Positions 1 through 9,627 of a DNA stretch of 64,000 nucleotides are shown piece by piece. The first letter of the stretch is position 1; every line of letters begins with the position of its first letter. A program made the translations under genes and the position numbers. Location of the stretch: positions 74,464 through 138,463 of the forward strand of contig JAPWKH010000034.1 of assembly GCA_028283605.1 (NCBI GenBank), given 5' to 3'. The notes under the pieces are model-generated. The model was not told where the DNA came from. It saw nothing but the letters and a program-made list of their open reading frames with translations, and searched no databases. The DNA is from Arachidicoccus sp. (GTDB lineage: Bacteria > Bacteroidota > Bacteroidia > Chitinophagales > Chitinophagaceae).

Positions 1-2
1 AG

Positions 3-982
3 ATTACCATTACTTCTTCAGAGCTCGAAAGTGATGATATTCTTATTTCGGTAGATGTAAAAAAAGCGGAGGATTTTACACTTAAGTTGAGAAAGCCGCA
101 TTGGTCAACCGGTTATAGTGTAACAATAAATGGTAAAGAAACAAATGCAATACTTGACAATGACGGCTTTGTAAATATAAAAAGAACATGGCATGCCGGC
201 GATAAAATTATATATAGTCTGAAGAGAACTTTATATGCTGAAGCCATGCCTGATAATAAAAAGCGGATCGCGTTATTTTATGGGCCGGTATTACTTGCAG
301 GAAATTTAGGAGATACAGTCCCAGATCCGGTTTTAGGTACGCCTGTATTGCTTACAAACGATCAAAAAGTAAGCGATTGGGTAAAGCCGGTAAACGTAAA
401 AAATTTGCTGTTCAAAACTTCGGGTGTCGGACAACCTTTTGATACGGATCTGCAACCATTTTACAGCTATTACGATAAGCATTATATGGTTTATTGGGAT
501 TTCTTTACGCCTTCGGAATGGGCTGGCCGTAAAGCGGAATATTTTGCTGCAAGAGAAAGGGAAAAAGAACTGGATGCCAGAAGCATCGATATTTTCCGCA
601 TAGGTGAAATGCAGCCGGAAAGAGACCATAATCTTACCGCAAGCGGAGAAAGCTATGTAAGCGATGCATTTGGAAAACATGGAAGAGAAGCGCGTAGCGG
701 AGGGGAATTTTCATTTGATATGAAAGTTGATGAAACTGCCGCCGACAGCTTAGTGGTTACTTATATCGGTGCGGATAAATCCCGCAAGTTTGATATTCTT
801 ATAGACGGCAAATTATTGCTGACCGAAAGACTCCTGATGATAAAGCCGGCAATGAATTTTATAACAAAGTCTATGCATTGCCTCCTGAATTTATAAAAGG
901 AAAAAATAAAGTAAACATTACGTTTGCCGCGCAGTATCATTATACTGCGGGCCGTGTATTTGGCGCAAGAATTATTAGATAA
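3..982 (+). CDS. C-terminal part of a GH127/GH146-type beta-L-arabinofuranosidase family protein; 5' end outside window; apparent -1 frameshift near 827
   Basis: Frame is open from position 3. Motifs IALFYGPVLLAG, QPFY..YDKHYMVYW and GEMQPERDH. After about 827 the family-like tail TPDDKAGNEFYNKVYALPPEFIKGKNKVNITFAAQYHYTAGRVFGARIIR* lies in another frame and ends at TAA 980-982. Confidence 0.75.
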
Positions 983-1014
983 AAAGTAAAATGATATAGA
1001 AAAATAAACATATT

Positions 1015-2271
1015 ATGAGTAAAGTGGTAATTATAGGCGGAGGAATATGCGGATTATCTTCAGCAAGGTATTTGGCAAAAGCAGGTTGGGAAGTAATCGT
1101 TTTAGATAAAAATGATTTTACGGATAATTGTTCTTATGGAAATGCCGGCTTTGTATGTCCCAGTCATTATGTTCAATTGGCAACCCCGGGTATTGTGAAA
1201 CAAGGCATTAAATGGATGTTGAATTCCCGAAGCCCCTTTTATATTCAACCTCGTTTGAATAAATCTTTGGTTAACTGGGGCATCTCATTCATGAAAAGTG
1301 CTAAGAAAGAAAATGTAGAGCGACATGGGATTCCTTTAAGAGATATCGGCTTGCTAAGCCAGTATGAATATGAAAATGTTTGGCAAAAGGAAATGAACAT
1401 TGCGTATGAACACAAAGGCATGCTGGAAATTTTTCAAACGGAAAAAGGAAAAGAAGAATCTGCACATGTCGTAGCTTTTGGGCAAAGACTTGGATTGGAT
1501 GTTGAACTGATCGGTTTGGATGAATTAACACAATTAGAACCGAATACAAAAATAAATGCGATAGGAGCTATTAATTATAAATGTGACGGGCATTTAAGTC
1601 CGGGAAAATTGATGGAAGAACTAAAATCCGATCTCTTAAAATACAAGGTAAAATTGGTACCGCATGCCAAAGTTACGGATGTTATCATCAAAAATGGATC
1701 TATAGATTATGTTGTTACGGACAGTGAAAATTTTTATGCAGATGCATTCGTTCTCGCATCCGGTTCATGGAGTGGAAAACTAGCATCGAACCTCGGACTT
1801 AAAATGCCACTTGTAGGCGGCAGAGGATATTCCGTAACACTTCCAATCGATAAAAAACAATTAGATATTTTACACCCCGGCATATTGGTTGAAGGCCGTT
1901 GCGCTTTTACACCGGTGGAAGGAGATAAAATTCGTTTTGGCGGAACAATGGAAATAACGCAGACTGACGCGCTGCCCCGATACGGAAGGGTAGAAGGAAT
2001 ATTAAAAGCTGTGCATGATTTCTTTCCCGAAATTGATATTTCTTTTGAATCTGTCAAGGAAAAAATATGGTATGGTTTCCGCCCTGTTTCCGGAGACGGT
2101 ATGCCTTATATAGGAAAAACAAAAGCATATAGAAATCTCGTTGTGGCAACCGGCCATGCACAATTAGGAATCAGTTTAGGGGCGGCAACAGGATTATTGG
2201 TAAAAGAATTATTAGAAAGCGAAAAAACATCTGTAGATATATCGGCTTTTGCAGTTGAACGTTTTTCATAG
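1015..2271 (+). CDS. FAD-dependent D-amino acid dehydrogenase (DadA/DAO family)
   Basis: N-terminal VIIGGGICG dinucleotide fold, SYGNAG, WYGFRPVSGDGMPYIG, ATGHAQLGISLG; 418 aa. Confidence 0.85.
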   Translation: MSKVVIIGGGICGLSSARYLAKAGWEVIVLDKNDFTDNCSYGNAGFVCPSHYVQLATPGIVKQGIKWMLNSRSPFYIQPRLNKSLVNWGISFMKSAKKENVERHGIPLRDIGLLSQYEYENVWQKEMNIAYEHKGMLEIFQTEKGKEESAHVVAFGQRLGLDVELIGLDELTQLEPNTKINAIGAINYKCDGHLSPGKLMEELKSDLLKYKVKLVPHAKVTDVIIKNGSIDYVVTDSENFYADAFVLASGSWSGKLASNLGLKMPLVGGRGYSVTLPIDKKQLDILHPGILVEGRCAFTPVEGDKIRFGGTMEITQTDALPRYGRVEGILKAVHDFFPEIDISFESVKEKIWYGFRPVSGDGMPYIGKTKAYRNLVVATGHAQLGISLGAATGLLVKELLESEKTSVDISAFAVERFS

Positions 2272-2341
2272 CGTTTTACGAAACAATGGAATGGGCCGGC
2301 AATACTTTCGTTTTGCCACTTATAAAAATAAAAATTAACAG

Positions 2342-4087
2342 ATGAAGAAGGCATATATATTCCTAATAAGTTTCTCAATAATAATTAATCTGCCAGAAAC
2401 ATTATTTTCGCAAGTACAACCTAATCCTGATAGCGTTCGTGCACAAAGAGCAAGAATGCTCAAAGAACAAACCGAAGCGTATAACAACAAAGTGTTTACC
2501 CACGCCGACACTTTAAGAGGAAGTATTACGCCAGAGCGCGCCTGGTGGGACATTCAGAGATATGATGTAACCATAAAACCCGATTTTGTAAAAAAGTTTA
2601 CATCCGGCAGCGATTTGATAACTTATAAAGTTACGAAAGAATATCAGCCCGGTATGCAGATCGATTTGCAAGAGCCATTACAGATAGACAGCGTAATTTT
2701 TAATAAAAAAGAAAAATTATCATTTACACAGGAAGGAAATGCCTGGCATGTGCACGTACCGCATCAAAAGGTAGGAAGTATCAACAAAGTAGAAGTTTTT
2801 TTTCACGGTTATCCTCATATAGCAAAGCGGCCGCCATGGGACGGAGGATGGACTTTTACGGAAGATTCTCTTGGCCGTCCGTGGATGACTGTTTGTTGTC
2901 AGGGACTTGGCGCTTCTGTATGGTATCCTTGCAAAGATCATCAAAGTGATGAGCCGGATAAAGGAGCGTCTTTAACCATGATTGCGCCGGATACTTTGGT
3001 AGCGGTAAGCAATGGAAGGCTTCAATTCAGAAAAGAAAATGGAGATGGGACTGCAACAACTCAATGGTCAGTTTCAGATCCTATCAGCAATTATTGCATT
3101 ATTCCGTATATCGGAAAATATGTTCATTTTCACGAAGATTTTAAAGGCCGTAAAGGCCCGTTGGATTTAGATTATTGGGTGTTGGATTACAATCTTCAAA
3201 GAGCAAGAAATTATATGCCCGATGAGGTGCATCACATGTTGCAAGCTTTTGAATATTGGTATGGGCCTTATCCTTTTTATGAAGACGGTTACAAGCTGGT
3301 AGATGTTCAGAATACAGGAATGGAGCATCAAAGCGCGGTCGCTTATGGCAACAATTATGCATTCGGTTACAGAGGTCGTGATGAATCCGGTACAGGCTAT
3401 GGGCTGAAGTCCGACTTTATTATTCTGCATGAAAGCGGCCATGAATGGATGGGAAACAATATTACAACAAATGATCTTGCAGATATGTGGGTACACGAAG
3501 GTTTCACAAATTACGCCGAAGCATTGTATGTGGAATACAGATGGGGGACGGATGCAGCTAATGCTTATAATTTCGGCGAAAGAAGAAATATTAGAAACGA
3601 CAGGCCGATAATTGCAAGATATGGTGTAAATGAAGAAGGAAGCAGCGATATGTATTACAAAGGTGCAAACATGTTAAATTCCATCAGGCATAGTCTCGGA
3701 AATGATTCTTTATTCCATAAAATTCTGATTGGAATCAACAAAACATTTTATCATAAAACGGTTACCTCATCGGAAATAGAAAATTACATATCCGCGCAGG
3801 CAGGTTTTAATTATTCAAAAGTATTTTATCAGTATTTACACACTGTACAGATTCCGGAACTTGATTACTATTTCAGCGCGGATCGTAAGAAAGTATTTTA
3901 CAAGTATACAAATTGCATTGCAGGATTTAATTTACCGCTTGTGTTGCAAAATAATGCATCAACAATACGTATTATACCTGATGAAAATTGGCAAAGCATT
4001 TCGCTGAAAGACGATCGGCAAGCAGATCTTTTCAATGTGAAAGATATTAATTTCATGTATTACATTACTGTAAAGAAAGGTAAGTAA
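2342..4087 (+). CDS. M1 family metallo-aminopeptidase, secreted
   Basis: Signal peptide, GMEHQS, HESGHEW zinc motif with downstream WVHEGF, MYYKGA. Confidence 0.9.
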   Translation: MKKAYIFLISFSIIINLPETLFSQVQPNPDSVRAQRARMLKEQTEAYNNKVFTHADTLRGSITPERAWWDIQRYDVTIKPDFVKKFTSGSDLITYKVTKEYQPGMQIDLQEPLQIDSVIFNKKEKLSFTQEGNAWHVHVPHQKVGSINKVEVFFHGYPHIAKRPPWDGGWTFTEDSLGRPWMTVCCQGLGASVWYPCKDHQSDEPDKGASLTMIAPDTLVAVSNGRLQFRKENGDGTATTQWSVSDPISNYCIIPYIGKYVHFHEDFKGRKGPLDLDYWVLDYNLQRARNYMPDEVHHMLQAFEYWYGPYPFYEDGYKLVDVQNTGMEHQSAVAYGNNYAFGYRGRDESGTGYGLKSDFIILHESGHEWMGNNITTNDLADMWVHEGFTNYAEALYVEYRWGTDAANAYNFGERRNIRNDRPIIARYGVNEEGSSDMYYKGANMLNSIRHSLGNDSLFHKILIGINKTFYHKTVTSSEIENYISAQAGFNYSKVFYQYLHTVQIPELDYYFSADRKKVFYKYTNCIAGFNLPLVLQNNASTIRIIPDENWQSISLKDDRQADLFNVKDINFMYYITVKKGK

Positions 4088-4105
4088 CTTGCCATAAAAA
4101 AAATT

Positions 4106-5518
4106 ATGTTTGATAAAGAAATCTATAAAAAGAGGCGTTCTGTATTAAAAGAAAAAGTCGGCACCGGCCTTATACTTTTCATAGGCAATGAAGAAGTAGG
4201 AATGAATTATGCTGCAAACTCTTACCATTTCAGGCAAGACAGTACATTCTTATATTATACAGGCATTGATCTTCCCGGCCTTGCATTTATTATTGATATT
4301 GATGAGGACAAGGAAATTCTTTTTGGGAATGAACTTACCATTGATGATATTGTCTGGACAGGGCCTTTAGATCCTTTAACAGCTTGGGCAGACAAGGCAG
4401 GCATTACAATTACAAAGGCTTTCAAGGAAATCGATGCTTTGCTTAAAGCAGCTAAAGCTGCAGGAAAAGAAATACATTTTCTTCCGCCATACAGAGGCCG
4501 CCATGTGTTGAGGTTACAAGAATGGCTCGGATATGTTCCCAGCGAAATTGAAACGCAAATTTCGGAGAAGCTAATAAAATCAATAGTTTCAATGAGGTCG
4601 TACAAAAAACCGGAAGAAATTGCAGAAATGGAAAAGGCGGTAGATATTTCAACTGAAATGCATGAGTTGTTTTTTACATCTTTACAACCGGGCATTACAG
4701 AAAAATTTGTGGAAGGTATTGTTCATGGGCATGCTTTGAGTACGGGAAATAATCTCGCTTATCCTATAATTCTTACTATCAATGGAGAGACATTACATAT
4801 TCTTCCCCGCGACATTGAAATGGGAAAAGAAAGGCTGGCAATTTGTGACGCGGGGGCTGAAACTTCCATGCATTATGCAGGCGATCTTACACGAACTGCA
4901 CCGGTAAGCGGCAAATTTTCTTCCATCCAAAAAGATATTTACAATATTGTCTTACACGCGCAACTCGCATGCATTGAAGCATGTAAACCCGGTGTGCTGT
5001 TTCGTGATATACATGCTTTAGCAGGGGAAACACTTTTAAGCGGATTAAAAGATATTGGCTTAATAAAAGGAGATGTCCAGGAAGCCGTGTCGAAAGATGT
5101 ACACACATTATTTTTTCAGTGTGGGCTTGGGCACATGATTGGCCTTGATGTGCATGATATGGAAAACCTTGGCGAAAAATATATCGGTTATACTGATAAT
5201 ATAAAAAAGAGTACGGCTTTCGGATGGAAATCTTTGCGCTTAGCAAAAGCGTTGGAACCGGGCTTTACGCTGACTGTAGAACCGGGTATATATTTTATTC
5301 CGGTATTGATAGATCTATGGAAATCGGAAAATAAATTATCCCAATTTATTAATTATCAAGAGTTGGAAAAGTTTAAAGATTTTGGTGGAGTAAGAGTAGA
5401 AGATAATGTACTCATTACGCAAGGCGGATGCCGGATATTAGGCAATAAAATAGCACCCAAAACCATTGATGAAATTGAGGCTTATATATATCGTGTAAAT
5501 ACAATTCATAAAAAATAG
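4106..5518 (+). CDS. Xaa-Pro aminopeptidase/prolidase (M24B)
   Basis: FRQDSTFLY, DAGAE, GDLTRT, GLGHMIGLDVHD, TVEPG and GVRVED metal-ligand motifs. Confidence 0.9.
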   Translation: MFDKEIYKKRRSVLKEKVGTGLILFIGNEEVGMNYAANSYHFRQDSTFLYYTGIDLPGLAFIIDIDEDKEILFGNELTIDDIVWTGPLDPLTAWADKAGITITKAFKEIDALLKAAKAAGKEIHFLPPYRGRHVLRLQEWLGYVPSEIETQISEKLIKSIVSMRSYKKPEEIAEMEKAVDISTEMHELFFTSLQPGITEKFVEGIVHGHALSTGNNLAYPIILTINGETLHILPRDIEMGKERLAICDAGAETSMHYAGDLTRTAPVSGKFSSIQKDIYNIVLHAQLACIEACKPGVLFRDIHALAGETLLSGLKDIGLIKGDVQEAVSKDVHTLFFQCGLGHMIGLDVHDMENLGEKYIGYTDNIKKSTAFGWKSLRLAKALEPGFTLTVEPGIYFIPVLIDLWKSENKLSQFINYQELEKFKDFGGVRVEDNVLITQGGCRILGNKIAPKTIDEIEAYIYRVNTIHKK

Positions 5519-5554
5519 TACAATGACATATAGATGTTTTAATTTTTTTTTGGT

Positions 5555-8278
5555 ATGATAATCAAAGGTCTAAAACCAGGATTTTGCTTCGCATTTATAT
5601 TGCTAATTAGCAACGTATATATTTCTTTTGGGCAATTCAAGACCGATACGCTTATTAACGCAAAGACGAATAATTTTTTTATACAATTACATCCGGCTTC
5701 TCAGACGCTTAGCAGTTTATTGCCCGCAGATGATACGAGCTTAAACTTTATTCCAACTATTGCACAAAGTGAAAAGCCACAGGCAAGCAAAAATCATTCA
5801 ACCGGCATACTTTACGAATTTGGAGACATAAACATAGCTTCACGAAACAAAGGAACAAAAGACTGGAATTTTTATTCTTCTGCTGAAAGCCCTAATGCAG
5901 CTAAAAAATTAAACACTACTGATAGTGTTTTTGCCGCAGCCGATTTGTCTAACTGTTTTACTGAAAAATTGCCGTTGGATATTCAACGATTCTGGATAAA
6001 AAACGGCAATAATTTTTCATTAAGATTTGTGCTTCGCAACAATTCAGACAAGCCTGTTGAAATTGGCTATATCGGCGTCCCGATGATTTTTAATAATTTA
6101 CTGAGAGGCGAAGACTTGGAAACTGCGCATAAGAAAAATGTTTTTTATGACGCTTACACTGGCATGGATGCCGGTTATTTGCAAGTAACGAGGTTGAATG
6201 GTTTAGGGCCGGAGCTGTTGGTATTGCCGGAAGCCAATACTCCCTTCGAAGCGTATAATCCTTTATTGAAAGAAGCTTTGCCACGCAGCAGTGATTTTGA
6301 GGGATTTTACGAATGGGTAATATCAAGCCGTGCGCTTTATGAAACTTCGTGGAGCAAAACAGAACAATGGAATGATCCTTCTTCATTTGTATTACAGCCG
6401 GGCGCTTCAAGAACAATCGGCTTTAGATTTGTAACAGCGCCTTCAATAAAAAAAATTGAAGAAACACTTAGCGTTTATCATCGTCCTGTAGCGGTTGGCT
6501 TACCGGGCTATGTATTGCCCAAAAACGTTACAGGAAATCTATTTATAAAATATGACAGTAAAATATCTTCTATAAAAGTTTATCCAGAAAATGCCTTAAT
6601 AATAAAAAAAGCAGGCAATCTATCAACTGGTTGGACTAAATGGATACTGCAAGGAAATAAATACGGCAAAGCAAGAATAACCATTCAGTATGAGAATGGA
6701 TTAATACAAACTATTCACTATAAAATAATAGAAAGCGAGTCGCAAACTATAAAAAATTACGGACATTTTTTAAGCACAAATCAATGGTTTGACACGCCGG
6801 ATACTATTTTTCACCGAAACCCTTCTTTTATAAGTTATGATGATGAACTTCATCAACAGGTAACTCAGAATAACCGTGCATGGATAGCCGGCCTGAGCGA
6901 TGAAGGCGGCGCTGGCAGCTGGCTTGGTATGATGATGAAACAGTTTGTTATTCCCGATAAAAACGAGATAGCGCTCATAGAAAAATTTATCGATTCCACT
7001 TTATGGGGTGGTATACAATACAAAAGCGGCGATTTGCAATACGGTGTGCGAAAAAGCCTTTTTTACTACGAGCCTGATTCTCTTCCCAAAGGAACTTACA
7101 ACACATCCATCGATTTTAAAACATGGTCCGCATGGCCGTTAAAAGAAGCTGCATCTGTAGGCAGATCTTACAATTATCCCCATGTCGCAGCAGGATATTG
7201 GGTAATGTACAGGCTCGCGCGCAATCATCAGGGATTGGTTGCAAATCATCAATGGAAATGGTATCTGGAACAGGCATATCATACTTCGATGGCAATGGTA
7301 AATCTCGCGCCGTATTATACACAGTTCGGACAAATGGAAGGCACTATTTTTTATATGATATTAAAAGATTTGAAAGAAGAAGGCATGCATGATGAAGCAG
7401 ATATTCTTGAAGCTGCAATGAAGAAAAGAGCCATTCACTGGAGCCAGTTATCTTTCCCTTTCGGAAGTGAAATGCCGTGGGATTCTACGGGTCAGGAAGA
7501 GGTCTTTATCTGGTCGTTATATTTCGGATTTGAAGATAAAGCAAACGAAACAATTCAGGCAATACTGGGTTATATGCCCACGATTCCAAGTTGGGCATAC
7601 AACGGCAATGCACGCCGTTACTGGGATTTCTTATATGCAGGTAAATTGCAACGAGTAGAAAGAATGATACATCACTATGGTTCGGAATTAAACGCTATTC
7701 CGTTATTAACTTATTATCGGTTGCACCCCGATGATTTTTATACCTTAAGAGTTGCTTATGGCGGAGTTTTGGGTGGCATTTCCAATATTCAGGAAAATGG
7801 CTTTGCGCCATTGGCCTTTCATTCATTTCCAAATACATTGAAGGAAGACGGATATTCCGGTGATTACGGATCAGGCTTTTTTGGATATGCAATCAACACT
7901 GCTACGTATTTAATTCATCATCCGGATTTTGGTTGGGTAGCTTTCGGGGGCAATAGTGCGGAACATGGCGATTGGATAAATGTACAAATCACAACTGCCG
8001 CACAAAATAAAATATTTATTGCGCCTGCAAAATTGTGGATTACACTTGATGCGGGCAAACTTGATGAAGTAAGCTACAATCAAAAAACAGGCGAAATAAA
8101 AATATTGTTCGCTCCTTTAAATTCATATACTTCGAATGCTGTGCTTCGTATAGAAAATCCAGGTGTAGATAAAGTGTCGTATAAAGTAAAAGGTTATTCT
8201 TTGTCTGAAAAGGAAGCGTATGTGATTTCTTTAAGTGCTGAAAAGAAGGCTATTCTGCTTAGTAAGATTTCAGATTAA
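5555..8278 (+). CDS. Secreted DUF5695-like glycoside-hydrolase-like protein
   Basis: Signal peptide; 907 aa; YDAYTGMDAGYLQVTRLNG, LSDEGGAG, RSYNYPH, GSEMPWDSTGQEE and NARRYWDF resemble the DUF5695 family as I recall it. Confidence 0.65.
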   Translation: MIIKGLKPGFCFAFILLISNVYISFGQFKTDTLINAKTNNFFIQLHPASQTLSSLLPADDTSLNFIPTIAQSEKPQASKNHSTGILYEFGDINIASRNKGTKDWNFYSSAESPNAAKKLNTTDSVFAAADLSNCFTEKLPLDIQRFWIKNGNNFSLRFVLRNNSDKPVEIGYIGVPMIFNNLLRGEDLETAHKKNVFYDAYTGMDAGYLQVTRLNGLGPELLVLPEANTPFEAYNPLLKEALPRSSDFEGFYEWVISSRALYETSWSKTEQWNDPSSFVLQPGASRTIGFRFVTAPSIKKIEETLSVYHRPVAVGLPGYVLPKNVTGNLFIKYDSKISSIKVYPENALIIKKAGNLSTGWTKWILQGNKYGKARITIQYENGLIQTIHYKIIESESQTIKNYGHFLSTNQWFDTPDTIFHRNPSFISYDDELHQQVTQNNRAWIAGLSDEGGAGSWLGMMMKQFVIPDKNEIALIEKFIDSTLWGGIQYKSGDLQYGVRKSLFYYEPDSLPKGTYNTSIDFKTWSAWPLKEAASVGRSYNYPHVAAGYWVMYRLARNHQGLVANHQWKWYLEQAYHTSMAMVNLAPYYTQFGQMEGTIFYMILKDLKEEGMHDEADILEAAMKKRAIHWSQLSFPFGSEMPWDSTGQEEVFIWSLYFGFEDKANETIQAILGYMPTIPSWAYNGNARRYWDFLYAGKLQRVERMIHHYGSELNAIPLLTYYRLHPDDFYTLRVAYGGVLGGISNIQENGFAPLAFHSFPNTLKEDGYSGDYGSGFFGYAINTATYLIHHPDFGWVAFGGNSAEHGDWINVQITTAAQNKIFIAPAKLWITLDAGKLDEVSYNQKTGEIKILFAPLNSYTSNAVLRIENPGVDKVSYKVKGYSLSEKEAYVISLSAEKKAILLSKISD

Positions 8279-8333
8279 AAAATTGATCTATGTGCTTGAA
8301 ATATTAGCTCAAAATCATTCAAGTCCTATAAAT

Positions 8334-8358
8334 AAAAAACCTCTCTTTCGAGAGGTTT
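8334..8358 (-). terminator. Intrinsic terminator, possibly bidirectional, between convergent genes
   Basis: AAACCTCTC-TTTC-GAGAGGTTT hairpin preceded by an A-run. Confidence 0.7.
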
Positions 8359-8384
8359 CACAGTTATTCAAAACCAATATAAAC

Positions 8385-8969
8385 CTATAAACCTATATGA
8401 ATATTTACTCCTATGCCGGGTGCAGCCGGATATGCCGGTGCATAATAGGGTTGAGGTATCGTGTTTGCATAAGCCATATCAGCAGCAGCTAAATCTATAC
8501 CGGCCAGAAATTCCGGAAGTATTGTAGAGAATAGCCAACGACCGCCATACCAATATGTATAACCACAACGGGCAGGATCATAATACAAGTGATACGCAGG
8601 GAAATATACAGGCCTTGCATAAGCGTAACGATGTGCAGCTCCCCAAAAAACTTCTCTGCGATTTACATATCTGCCGCCTCTGTCATAATAACCTCTTTGA
8701 TTATAAACCCGGCCATTTACATAACCATGATTCGGATAACCGTGATTTGCATATGCCTGATTAACAAATTCATGATGAGCATATCCTGAACGGTTATCAA
8801 AACCTCCATGGGAGTTGCCCCCGTGTGAAAAATTTTGAGGAGCATGAGAATAGCCGCCATGTGAGCCGGAATTTTGATTATGACTGCCTCCACGATGCTG
8901 TGCTGATGCTGCTGTTGAAATCATTATCGCAGCGAATGCTATTGTAATTATATTGAAAAAATATTTCAT
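8385..8969 (-). CDS. Secreted Gly/His/Asn/Tyr-rich low-complexity hypothetical protein
   Basis: Signal peptide ending ASA-Q, G/H/N/S-rich region, aromatic C-terminal domain; followed by a terminator. Confidence 0.7.
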   Translation of the reverse strand: MKYFFNIITIAFAAIMISTAASAQHRGGSHNQNSGSHGGYSHAPQNFSHGGNSHGGFDNRSGYAHHEFVNQAYANHGYPNHGYVNGRVYNQRGYYDRGGRYVNRREVFWGAAHRYAYARPVYFPAYHLYYDPARCGYTYWYGGRWLFSTILPEFLAGIDLAAADMAYANTIPQPYYAPAYPAAPGIGVNIHIGL

Positions 8970-9090
8970 TTTAATACTGTTTAAATTGTTTGAAGATTGA
9001 CAGGGTTTTTAAAAATTGCTTTTGTTTTATATTATAAATATGACTGTAAATGCTCTCGGAAAGTTTAATCACATGAAAAAAATATGGACG

Positions 9091-9118
9091 AAAAAAAGCT
9101 GCCTTTTAGGGGCAGCTT
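9091..9118 (-). terminator. Intrinsic terminator
   Basis: AAGCTGCC-N7-GGCAGCTT with an A7 run (U-tail on the minus strand). Confidence 0.75.
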
Positions 9119-9145
9119 AATAAGTTATAAGATATTTATAAACTG

Positions 9146-9538
9146 TTATTCCAGTCTTTTCAGACGGAAGAGCAACTGCTGTATTCCTTCCTGATAATCG
9201 TCAATGATGGATTGCGAAAAATCTTCTTTAAATATTTTACGCTCTTTTTCAATATAATCATATTGATCTTTTACATGCTTAATATAGTCTTTCGGCCGCT
9301 TGGTTTCAGGTACTACGACTTCCAACGTACCGAGCAGTGCAAATGTGGTTTCTACCAATCGATCCGCCACTTCATTGAAAGTATCAATAGCCTGATCAAT
9401 AGAAAGATGTACTTCGTAACTTCCCAGGCCCGTTACAGACCAATGAACCAATTTCAAAGAATCCCTGAAAGAAACCAAATTGCCGAGGAAATCAGCCACT
9501 TCGCTGTTTCCTGAAGATGTTTGTTTTACTTTTGCCAT
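9146..9538 (-). CDS. Ferritin/Dps-like four-helix protein (DUF5856-like)
   Basis: KLVHWSVTG, YEVH, DRLVE pattern of the ferritin-like superfamily; 130 aa. Confidence 0.6.
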   Translation of the reverse strand: MAKVKQTSSGNSEVADFLGNLVSFRDSLKLVHWSVTGLGSYEVHLSIDQAIDTFNEVADRLVETTFALLGTLEVVVPETKRPKDYIKHVKDQYDYIEKERKIFKEDFSQSIIDDYQEGIQQLLFRLKRLE

Positions 9539-9627
9539 AAAATTATTTTTAAAAATCAGATTTATTATTATCTCTTAAATAGATATGAAGATAACGATAA
9601 ATCCCGGCAAGTCTTGTAATTATATTG

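Noticed and set aside
9146-9538. Prophage remnant around the ferritin-like gene
   Set aside because: No integrase, structural or replication genes and no att-like repeats nearby; the neighbours are murB and a porin.
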